64,000 nucleotides of DNA. Source: Laetmonice hystrix (taxonomy: Eukaryota). The DNA lies in the NCBI GenBank assembly GCA_965235115.1, contig OZ249447.1, positions 23,808,001 through 23,872,000 on the forward strand. The letters are read 5' to 3'. Numbering within the stretch: position 1 is the stretch's first letter; the number at the start of each line of letters is the position of its first letter. A program made the translations under genes and the position numbers. Below are positions 28,801 to 40,800 of this stretch, in pieces. Below the pieces are notes generated by a model, which saw only the letters and a program-made list of their open reading frames with translations, made no database searches and was not told the origin of the DNA.

Positions 28801-31800
28801 TCACTACTTACGTGGGCTACATTCACAAAGTCGTTTTCTCCCAGAGTTTCTATGAGCGACTTGACGGCTTGCTTCATGAGTGACAGTGCCTGGCCATGGG
28901 TGCTGCCGCTCCTGTAACACAAGAGGTTGAAGACCACTCCTTCACTTATCTACATCATCTACGACCCTTCCTGCACACTTTCACAACAGCTTAGAATCAA
29001 TCAACTGAAGTTTGTCTTTCCATCCAAGCTAACACCACCTTTCCAATCACGTTATCAGAATCGCACCCTTCACAAGTGGGTTTTGTTTTGTATAAAATTA
29101 TGAGATGTCGGCTTTGTTCAAAAGAGGCCTTACGTGTCAACTAGAATGAGCATGTCTTTGGGAGAACTTGCCCCCTGCGTGTACCAGGGCCGGCGGCGGA
29201 CGTCATAAAGGTCTACGCCCGTCCCTCGCCACTTGCTGGCTGGAAACAGAAAGACCAATATTTGTGGTAACGAGAACGACATTTATTAAGGGAAAGGTTA
29301 CGCTATCTAGAGATGCAATTTGGTTCTACCAACTCGTTGGTTCTACATACCACGCTTTCGTTATTACTGTGGACTGCACTGATTTTGCTATGATCACAAG
29401 GAAACACATACCTGGAAATATTCGCATTATGCCACTCTGGGTGCCAAAGTACTGCCACAGCAGAGCAGGATCTTTTTTCAAATTTTCCCTCCATATTTTC
29501 TCTAAACCTGCTGTCCATGCCAACCCATTTAAGATTTGTATATCTGAAATAAAAATACATTTACAATGTTAAGACGGAGAAAATCCAGAAATTGAGCTTT
29601 ACATGTTCATGATGAATAGGCCTATAGCTACATTTAAGAAACATTTACCTTACATGAATGACTCACAAATGTACTAATTACTATCAGTATACATGTACAT
29701 ACAATGCGTTATGAGTACCATACATATGATTATAAGTCACATTGTTCTAGTCGACAGATATGGAAAATAACCTTCCGCAAAAGCATAAATACCAACACTA
29801 TTCTCCTACAGTACATTAACTGAAAAGTTTTACATCATTAGCAACACCAGCTGAAGGTTGAAAACTGTAAGCGACCCACCTCCTTCATAAATCTCTACTG
29901 GAATGTGTACACCGGACGTGTTGTAATTAACAGGCTGATTAAATTTGGGATCTATTTCGTAATCCCCATCAGATTCATTTACTTTTTTGGCATTAACATA
30001 TGACACGGCCTCCTTCTGAAACAGAAAAATAAAAAAAAAACATATTTTAGGTAAACTGAGAAATCTATGACGTCGGAAGTTTCTCAAATCAAAGCAAATG
30101 TTGGCGAACACACATGTCTCCGCACAGGTAAATCGTAAACTGGCATGAGAAACCTTCGGGCAACCCTTTTACGACCCCGTACTTTCACATCCATTCTGTA
30201 ACAGCCCAAGTAAAAAGCCAACCATGGTGATGAAAGCACTGATTCTACACAATCTAGCTATATTGACCTAAATGGCCTGATGATTCCACGTACAGCACTG
30301 ACCAGTACACAGAGCACCAACCTCACTTTAGACACACTCACTTCATCAAGATGCGCTGCAAATGGCGGCTAACGAGGGTCTCTCGTGTTCATAGGACATC
30401 AGACAAAAATTCAAGCTTTCGTCTCTGTTATCACTTGGAATTAGCTCCTACAGATTTACCTGAAACCATTTCCTTGTTTTTGTCCCTTTCTCTTGACACT
30501 GTGGCACACGTGGCTTGGTATCAAGAGCAATAACTCTGACCCATACTGACTTCCTCTGCCCGTCAACATGGCACTTACCTCAAAGGCCACGGGATATTAT
30601 GTTTCTGCTAGATTATTAGACAGCAACCGATGACATATGGGACCTCAGCACAACACCACTTAGATCTGATCAGCAATAAGTAAAATTAATCTTTTCTTTT
30701 CCATACTCTGTGACTGTGACTTAGATTTCACTTGATATTGACGTTTTCTAGGTAGTGTATCTTCAACCGGCAACGGCGAAATAAGATTATCTTAGTTTGA
30801 CTAATTACCGAATCAAAAAAAATTGCTTGGGTTAGGGTTAGGCCTACGGTTATTTTTTTTTGTCTCAAATTAGGTGTTAATTGGATAGTCGTCTATTTAG
30901 CCGTAGAGCATTATCCAATAGGACTGAACTTAATGGTCACATGACACCGCCACATGCCAGCTAAATATAGACTGCCTTTTTTCTAACCCCTACGGGCCTA
31001 CCTTCTCAAGTGGCCCTAGAATCCACTGACAGCATGTAGGCGAACACCATAGCGGGTTTTGCGGTTAAAAAAGGTTAAGTACTGTTCTAATCAATGTCTC
31101 ATAGCAAAGCAGACCAGGTTTTGTGCTTTTGTTGCCGATGGTTCAACCTGTGAGATGGTTAACAATGAACCTTTGCTCCACAGTCCAGCTGCCACACGGT
31201 GACACCGGAAGCAATAACTCAGGCGTTCCATGGCACCTCTGACAAAAATACAAATCATAAACCATAAGTGGCGCATAATCCTAGTCCGCAGGCTTCACTG
31301 TAATACGGCGTGGACAATGCCCTTTTCTGCCTATTGTTGACGATCACAAAGTCAGGTTGTGCCGGGTATTCAGCGGGTCGAATACTGGCGCTGTCAACTG
31401 AAGAAGAGGGCGCGTAGGAAACCTGAGAGGGACGCCTCATGAATAGGTTCCTTGAAAGAACGCATGTTGCTACTGTTTCTAAATGGAGGATGAAGAAATC
31501 CTCTTCGTTCCGGGTGATAATACTGCACTTGTTAATGGCCGCTCTGGAGTCCGGAAAAGCTGCAGCCGTGACGGCTTAAAAACACTCCAGGTATATGATG
31601 GTCATATCAGTGTAGGAATGCATTGATGCAACCTTCAGTACCTTTTAGGAGCATTGCTGTTTTTACAGAGGTTTTGAGAGAAAAATCCGATTATTCGAAG
31701 ACATTTTTCTCAGATGAAACTACATAATATATCCATAAATCTGTTCATTAGGATTTCGTATACATGTAACAATGATACCCTTAATTGCCGATCCTGTCAG

Positions 31801-34800
31801 CCGGGACAGAATAGATAAACTCTGACTATATTTAGAAAAGAAAATCACCGAGGATATTAAGATTTAGGTGTATATCATATTTTACGCCGTGTGTGGGTGG
31901 ATCAGTGTGGCCTGTGTAGGTGGATGAGATCAAATGGGGGACTTCCGATTGCAACTGATGACTAAAAAATTATGAACCACACCCGATAAAGTATTCTTCA
32001 AACATCCCCCCCCCCCCCCCCCGGGCTGGGAAGCACCATTTTCTGAACCTCTGCACACGCCTGTCTCGTTTTGTTTATTCTTGCCGCTCGTACACAGATC
32101 AAAGTGCTCTTGCAGTGTCATTTCAGCTGGAATCTGCTCCCCAGTCGCCGGTCAACAATTCCTGTTTGCCATCAGAGCACCTGATGCCTGCAGGGATTTG
32201 AGTGCGTGGATTGCAGGCCAGCCGGCCGGCAATGGCCAAGGTCCACCCGCAAGGCACAACCCGCAGAATCTATGATTGGCACCGAATAATGTTACAGGCA
32301 TGCGCTGTCAATTCACTGCAATCTACTCCCTTCGCTCCCCCAGATCAGGGCCACCGAAGTGGCTCTACGGTCTTCCCCCAGTCTTTCCACCAAATTCCCC
32401 CAAATCAGGGCCCCCAAAGTGGATCTGTGGTATTCCCCAGGTCTTTCCACTCAAATCTTCCAGATCACGCCCCCCCCCCCCAAGTGGCTCTATGGTCTTC
32501 CCCCAGTCTTTCCACTCAAATCCATCAGATCAGGGCCCCAAATTGGCTCTATAGTCTTCCCCGAGTCTTTCCACTCAACTCTCCCAGATCACGGACCCCC
32601 AAAGTGGCTCTGTGGTATTCCCCCAGTCTCTCCACCCAATTCCCCCAAATCAGGACCCCCAAAGTGGCTCTATGGTCTTCCCCAGTCTCTCCACCCAATT
32701 CCCCCCAAATCAGGACCCCCAAAGTGGCTCTATGGTCTTCCCCCAGTCTTTGCACTCAACTCTCCCAGATCAGGACCCCAGTCTTTCCACTCAAATCTCC
32801 CAGATCACGGACCCCCAAAGTGGCTCTATGTTCTTCCCCCAGTCTTTCCACTCAAATCTCCCAGATCACGGACCCCCAAAGTGGCTCTATGTTCTTCCCC
32901 CAGTCTTTCCACTCAAATCTCCCAGATCACGGACCCCCAAAGTGGCTCTATGTTATTCCCCCAGTCTTTCCACTCAACTCTCCCAGATCAGGACCCCAGT
33001 CTTTCCACTCAAATCTCCCAGATCACGGACCCCCAAAGTGGCTCTATGTTATTCCCCCAGTCTTTCCACTCAACTCTCCCAGATCAGGACCCCAGTCTTT
33101 CCACTCAACTCTCCAAAATCAGGGCCCCCAAAGTGGCTCTGTAGTCTTCCCCCAGTCTTTCCACTCAAATCCTTCAGATCAAGGCCCCCAAAGTGGATAG
33201 ATCTGTGTTCTTCCCCCAGTATTTCCACTCAACTTCCCCAGAACACAGCAGCCCATGACTCGTTTTTTAGTTCACGAACTAAGAACTAAGACTAACACTA
33301 GAATTGAAATTTGTGTTATGGCTTCCGATTGGCTGGTTTCAGTTGATCAGCCAATCAGAAACCAGAAAACAAATTTCAAGACTAGTCCCCGGCCCTGGAA
33401 TCCGTCCCTCGAATATGGCTTAGAACAGTGTAATAATGTTTGAACGTGTATGGAATCAATATCGAAAAACTCTATCAGGTTCATTCATTCAGTTTATAAA
33501 CAATCAGCCCTAAGGTGAGGTGTGGAGAATGATCTCAAGTTAACACTCTTGTTACCGAGTTACTGTTAATCACACTATTACAGGCATGCTGACAGCTTTG
33601 GGCAATAAAACTGCAGATAACCAAATTTATTGCCCCAGGAAATAAAAGGGAAAATTATTAAAAACAAGCATTCTGGCCTAAGATTGAGCAAATATGAAAG
33701 AAAAATGGATGGTATGCTTCGCCGTCACGATAGCAATCGCCCATCTCAAATACAGCTGAGATTTGTCAGGGATATGATGAGCTGTGTAATAAACTGTTAG
33801 TGTAAAAAGTGGCACTGTCTCTGACGTATACATCGACACCTCAGAAAGCCAGAACATAACCGCTAGAGGCTACCACAGAACTAATTGGCTAATATTTTTC
33901 ACACCTGCGCCTCACATTACCCAGCAATGGATTCCCCCATATGGCAGATAAATTATATTGCCGTTTTATGGACTGTCAACAAGCAACAAGATCTGGCTGA
34001 ATTGTACAATCCAAATGTCGATATTGACCGATAAAACGACCATCATTGCTTCATTGTCATTTTCTCGCTATTCTGTCTTTTTCCCCCCCCGCTGGGTAAT
34101 ACCGTCTGAAGACAGCCCTCTCCAGTATGACCTCGATAGGAATCTCGTGCTTGTCAGTGACCGATTCCAAGGTTAGTTTTTTTTGTCCTAAGATCTGTTC
34201 CCAGTCTCATCTTCTCGTTAGTGGAGATGTTAGCTGTCCGGCCACACCACCATTGAACTGGCCCTGAGCTTACATGGCTGTACCACAGTAGGGTCAGCTA
34301 TATTGTGTACAGTCGGCTACCGAATAGTAAATTTGGCACCCGAGTCGTATCATCAAGGTGTATTATCATATTATTATTTTCAACTCTAAAATTTCCGCTG
34401 AAAGATTTAGCACATCACACATTACTTATAGAGTAGAGACAGACGTGAAGAGTTTAATAAATTAGTGCCGAGAGCTGAGTGAATCTTCTAATCAGCTTTA
34501 ACGAAAGATAACAAGATATAAAATCGTACCTTGAGGTCAGGATTCCATTCATAGTCCTGTGCAAGTTGCTCTGCATATTCCACGGATGCCTGAAACACAA
34601 AATTGGTTATCACCAGTTTATAAAGTGTATCAAATGGCATCTTTGGCAATATCAACCTGGATAATTCTGCTTAAAAAAGGGAAATCTAACCCTGTTGAGA
34701 TGCAATAGTTACAAAGATTTCAAAGACACATTTTACTATATTTCTGGAAACATTAGAAGATTGTTATGGAAGCCAATCTGAACACAAAATGTGAAGGCTA

Positions 34801-37800
34801 GTTTCACTGGTTCACCCAAGTCAACGTTTTCTAATCTTAACATACAATCATGTTTCAAGCCATTGGTCTTAAATACTGGAAGCACGCCATGATATTTTCA
34901 ATAAGCATATAATATTCCTCTGTGATCCAAATACACCTGACAAAAATACCCTCCAGCAACAGTCTATCACGTTTAGCTACAAGTCCATCCATCGACATAT
35001 CAAACCTTGAATATAGAAAAATGTGATATACCATGAAAGAAACTACATTAGCTATGATATATACCATCACCTTTACGAGGACCCATCCCTCTAAGGCCAT
35101 TGCCTCAAAGAATGTGGACCCTGGGGATCAATCAGGGATCTCTTTATAATCTTGCTCGCCCTAATGCACGTACTCCCTCCTGACTGCCCCATCCCTAGAC
35201 AAACCATCTCCCCCACCCCTCCCCTCACCCTCTCAGACTGAGACGGTATGCTCCAGACACACATACCACCCGGCTTACCACTTCACCGTTCAACAATACA
35301 TACTGATGTCGTACACATACTGCTGCATTGAATTTCAATATTATCTTCCAACATGTCTCTTAACTGAAGACATGAAGGACCCACAGATGTACGCAGTGGA
35401 GAGGGGTACGTGAAGTGTAAGCGAAATAACGCCGAACATAGCCGATGTAATCGGCAATGTCCGCAATTGTTTGCAAGGATAGGCTGAGAGGGTGGCGGTA
35501 GGCGGGGACAACAGTGGCTACGATGGACGTGCGCTGGGAAGCCCACAGGGTACGGTCCCTACCACTGCATGGAAACCTATACCAACATCCATGTACTGAC
35601 CGCTGACCACATTCGATGGTCTCCTGACACGCGGCATTATGTAATAGGCGGGACTTAGGGAGCGGTAGGTTTGTGGAGACCTGCCTGCCTGAGGGCCTCG
35701 CTCACACTTAGGTGTACTATAAAAAGATCTGCCTGGGGTTCTAATGAGAGTGCCACTTTCAGTTTCATTAAAATTTCCTTTTAAATTTTGTCTGTCAGCC
35801 CACTGACCTATTCTTTGATAGAAGGTCCACAGAGACCCAAACTATATAGGGTCTGGAAGATATTCAACTCGGGAGGAGTAGAAGGCCGGTAAGATTGGGT
35901 TGTAGTCCCCCCCCTCGTTTGGTATATGTGGAAGGGGGTTGGTTAGACATCTGTGGAACCCTATTAAATGCTGGGAACGAAACAAAATTTCATTGAAGAG
36001 GACATGTCTGGCGTAAGATCCAAATGTCAGCCGTAAAGGTTCTCAACGTCGGACATTTTGTCTGCCCGAAAACTTTTCGCATTGACTGTATGCGACACAA
36101 TAACGAGAAGGGGGGCGGAGGCAACAGTTCTGTAGTGGAGCGGCAGAGATGGGATGTAGGTTCAGTAGTAGAAGAACTCTCATTATCTGACAGCGGTGAT
36201 AAGCGAGCACGTGGCCATCCTATCAGGAATATCGGAGGCAAATCCTGTGGCCGTTCTGCAGTCCAAATATCACTGCCTCCTGAGAGGCACCATATGCAAT
36301 CAAATTCTAAAGAATGCACCCAATTGTCCCAATCAGGGCCAGTCATGTGGTCCAATAATACTATCTGCGCCTGCCACCGCACCAGCTCAACAATGCCGCA
36401 CCGTTCCCTGACCGAGCTTTGAGCTTTGAGGACTGAGCCACCTTCGATGAGTGAGGCATGTTCGCAGCCGGAGACTCAGCCTGCCACCCAATAATTGTCA
36501 ATTTGCTACATTACGGCCAGCACACCTTTTTTCACATCTCCCTTAGGGGCTCGCCCGCCTCCGTACCATTCCCACTGCCATGAAAAACGTTTCATTGTCA
36601 TTTCTAGGAAGGCTGCTGCATGATTGCCAAAGCTGCCCACTTCAGGTGGTGAGAACTCTGCAGATATTAGTTTCCGGATCATATCTGCCTTAAAGTTGAC
36701 TCAAAAGTTTATGCATTAAAGAGGAAAACATTCGTAAAACGCGATCAAGTATCACAAAGCAAATGTACTCTATTTTTTGGAATCTGCATTGCAGTGGAGT
36801 TCCCGACGAGGTTGCCTTACCGATGTTCAATCATTTCAACCCTCTGCCTATCGGGCAATAAAATCAGATCAGCGATTCGGTCACGCTCCCATGTGACGAT
36901 GCTGTTCACAGGCCACGCAGTGTTTACAGTAGCAGGAAGCCGCACGCTGAGGAACACCGTCATTGCAAATCAAATTACAAGTTACAGATTCATGGAAGCA
37001 TGGCTTCCCTCCTGCTAAGGGCGCCTCGGAAACGTCTGCTTTTACGTCTCTGGCACTCAATCAAATGCAGGAATCAATGCTCAGACTGTCATAATGCGTT
37101 TCACGTCAGCGACTCCTAAACTCGGCATGGGCAGAGATCGCACTTTGTTTTCTCCAATGGGAGTCTGACCCGACTGCTTCCTACCACCCAGCCCTCTTGC
37201 CTCACTTCAGCAAGCAGCACTCTCTCCCATCAGAGCTGCAAGAGTGGAAGGCAGACCACAATAGGCACTAGGCGCAGCCTTAAACCCTTTCTGTTCCCAT
37301 AGCTCAAATCTGTTACATCAACTAGACTTGAGATGATAAAAAAAAGGTTGAGTGGAACTGCTGTGTACATAATAATAAAAACTCGCACTGGCTTTTCCTT
37401 TAGATAAAACTTGTGAAAGACGATTATATACTGCAGTCAGGAGCTCTTGAGGTCCTCTGCGTATCACAAGGTGAGTACTCAGCCAGGACATGAGACACTA
37501 ACAGCGAAAGCCTCTTCAGAACTTTTTCCTACTACGATACAAACTCTGTAATGACAGCGAGAGTTCCCGCAAGAGAATCAGATTTGGAGATATTAATAAG
37601 AGTGGCAGAAACAGACAGTGGTGGAATGCTATTAATTAAGGAACAGCATTTATTTCTCCAAATATTATCCTGCACAATACAAAAGGATACATTTAGTGCT
37701 CTCCGATGTCATAAATCTTTTCCATAAAACAAATTAACCCCTTAAGGCCGTTTTTGAATACCGCCTGATCTGATTACGGTTTTACATCTGAACATAATTG

Positions 37801-40800
37801 AACACACGGTTGTCATCTGGCCTCACGGTCCGTCCTTTTATATGAAGAGCAGCTGCTTGCCCGTCTCATGAGGGTACGTTTCTGATTTTTCATGACAGAG
37901 TAATAAGATTAGTAGCGTGATCAAGGCCCTGATGACTGATCAACTTACTGGAAAATAGGATTACGGCGACTTCTTGTCAGCAATTTAGCTTGTATGCCAC
38001 GGCAGATGACCTCAGATTGATTGCAGAGTTCAAAATCATTACAAGGACGTCTCAAATTATTAGTGCAAGTCCTAGATATTACTAAGTCATGTATTAAATT
38101 CCATCCTACAGCAACAATGTTGTTTGACATTATGAAAAAAAGCGGCTCAGCCTTTGTCGAAATTTCCAGGAAAGAGGCTGAATATTGAACCTGAAGGTTT
38201 TTATATCCTTGCTGGAGAATGATAAAGATCCAGCCGAACGCAGCCACTTTGTATCAAGAGAAAGTGTACACCCAACTAATTTCTTTCAGCTTCTTTCATG
38301 TGTTCGGCAGAGATATTTTAAATCTTTTGATGGCGAAGTTGAGAGAAGTAATTTCGGCTTATCTAGGCCATTGAAACACTGAAACAGACTCAATGAATAG
38401 CATGCTAATTACACTGTAAATAAACGAAGTTCAATCTTTGAAATTATGCTTATTCCATAACACCCCAGTACCCTTGGACCAGCTTCCTCCGCTCTTTAGA
38501 TTAACCCACTACGTTGATAGATAAATTATCCTGGATATCCAACCGTCAATATGTCCACACATGAACACACACCACGCAGACAAACGGCCGGGCCACAGTC
38601 AAAGTGGCACGCTGTATAACATCAGGGCCACCCTAGCTTCCGGTGGTCGGAGCATTCTTTGACATAAAACTACCGTGCTGCTCAATCCGAGAATGGCTCC
38701 ATCATGTCATAGCGTGCTACCCTGCCCACCCCATCTTCATCAGCATCATGCCGGCTGACATCAAGCAAGCTCTCCGTCAAGATTGTGAGGACCGAAAACA
38801 CTGTCGTCAATGGATTTCAATCAAGAGTGTGCCACTGACAACCTGTCAACCCAACCCTTTATGGAGTCTGTCACTGATCCAGACCAACCCAACCCTGCCT
38901 GGAGTCTGTCACTGATCCAGACCAACCCAAACCTTTCTGGAGTCTGTCACTGATCCAGACCAACCCAACCCTGCCTGGAGTCTGTCACTGATCCAGACCA
39001 ACCCAACCCTTTCTGGAGTCTGTCACTGATCCAGACCAACCCAACCCTTTATGGAGTCTGTCACTGATCCAGACCAACCCAACCCTTTCTGGAGTCTGTC
39101 ACTGATCCAGACCAACCCAACCCTTTATGGAGTCTGTCACTGATCCAGACCAACCCAAACCTTTCTGGAGTCTGTCACTGATCCAGACCAACCCAACCCT
39201 GCCTGGAGTCTGTCACTGATCCAGACCAACCCAACCCTGCCTGGAGTCTGTCACTGATCCAGACCAACCAAACCCTGCCTGGAGTCTGTCACTGATCCAG
39301 ACCAACCCAACCCTTTCTGGAGTCTGTCACTGATCCAGACCAACCCAACCCTTTCTGGAGTCTGTCACTGATCCAGAACAACCCAAACCTTTCTGGAGTC
39401 TGTCACTGATCCAGACCAACCCAAACCTTTCTGGAGTCTGTCACTGATCCAGACCAACCCAACCCTTTCTGGAGTCTGTCACTGATCCAGACCAACCCAA
39501 CCCTGCCTGGAGTCTGTCACTGATCCAGACCAACCCAACCCTGCCTGGAGTCTGTCACTGATCCAGACCAACCCAACCCTGCCTGGAGTCTGTCACTGAT
39601 CCAGACCAACCAAACCCTGCCTGGAGTCTGTCACTGATCCAGACCAACCCAACCCTTTCTGGAGTCTGTCACTGATCCAGACCAACCCAAACCTTTCTGG
39701 AGTCTGTCACTGATCCAGACCAAACCAACCCTTTCTGGAGTCTGTCACTGATCCAGACCAACCAAACCCTGCCTGGAGTCTGTCACTGATCCAGACCAAC
39801 CCAAACCTTTCTGGAGTCTGTCACTGATCCAGACCAACCCAACCCTTTCTGGAGTCTGTCACTGATCCAGACCAAACCAACCCTTTCTGGAGTCTGTCAC
39901 TGATCCAGACCAACCCAACCCTGCCTGGAGTCTGTCACTGATCCAGACCAACCAAACCCTGCCTGGAGTCTGCCACTGATCCAGACCAACCCAACCCTGC
40001 CTGGAGTCTGTCACTGATCCAGACCAACCCAACCCTGCCTGGAGTCTGTCACTGATCCAGACCAACCAAACCCTGCCTGGAGTCTGCCACTGATCCAGAC
40101 CAACCCAACCCTGCCTGGAGTCTGTCACTGATCCAGACCAACCCAACCCTGCCTGGAGTCTGTCACTGATCCAGACCAACCCAACCCTTTCTGGAGTCTG
40201 TCACTGATCCAGACCAACCCAACCCTTTCTGGAGTCTGTCACTGATCCAGACCAACCCAACCCTGCCTGGAGTCTGTCACTGATCCAGACCAACCCAATC
40301 CTTTCTGGAGTCTGTCACTGATCCAGACCAACTCAAACGTTTTATGGAGTCTGTCAATGATCCAGACCAAACCAACCCTTTATGGAGTCTGTTACTGATC
40401 CGGACCAACCCAACCCTTAAGATGAACGCTGCTGATCTAAGCAGACCAGCCAATCAGGGCCCGGTTTCAGAAAGGTTAGCATGATCTTAACTTAAGCTCT
40501 GCTTAGCCTTTTAGGACCCCCGATTGGCTGGTTGAAGCTGAGCAGCAGAGGACCAGCCAATCAGGGGGCCTAAAAGGCTAAGAAGAGCTTAAGTTAAGAT
40601 CATGCTAACCTTTCTGAAACCGGGCCCAGAAACCTTAACTAGGCTTAAGCTTAAGCTAGCCCCTGGAGTGTGCCAGTGCCACCCTCCCCCTCCCCACTAT
40701 GTTATCACGGACACTATGTGATCACGGACACACTGCTTGTCTGCAAACTGATTCTTATAAGTGCAACATCCATCTGGCACCCGATTGGAAATGAAATATT

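Noticed and set aside
30829-30842. Telomere-like gggttagggttagg
   Set aside because: Only about two units; common inside non-autonomous elements
32202-33200. 332-aa ORF as a protein-coding gene
   Set aside because: Entirely produced by the 61-bp minisatellite
37683-37690. GTATCCTT (U12 donor consensus) on the minus strand
   Set aside because: No upstream exon or matching branch site identified
37945-38090. LYATADDL resembling a reverse transcriptase YADD motif
   Set aside because: Motif is not exact, the frame closes quickly, and no other RT motifs are present
38843-40418. CRISPR-like appearance (also 2275-3238, 27873-28161, 32334-33240)
   Set aside because: Units are contiguous with no unique spacers, there are no cas genes, and the context is eukaryotic intron
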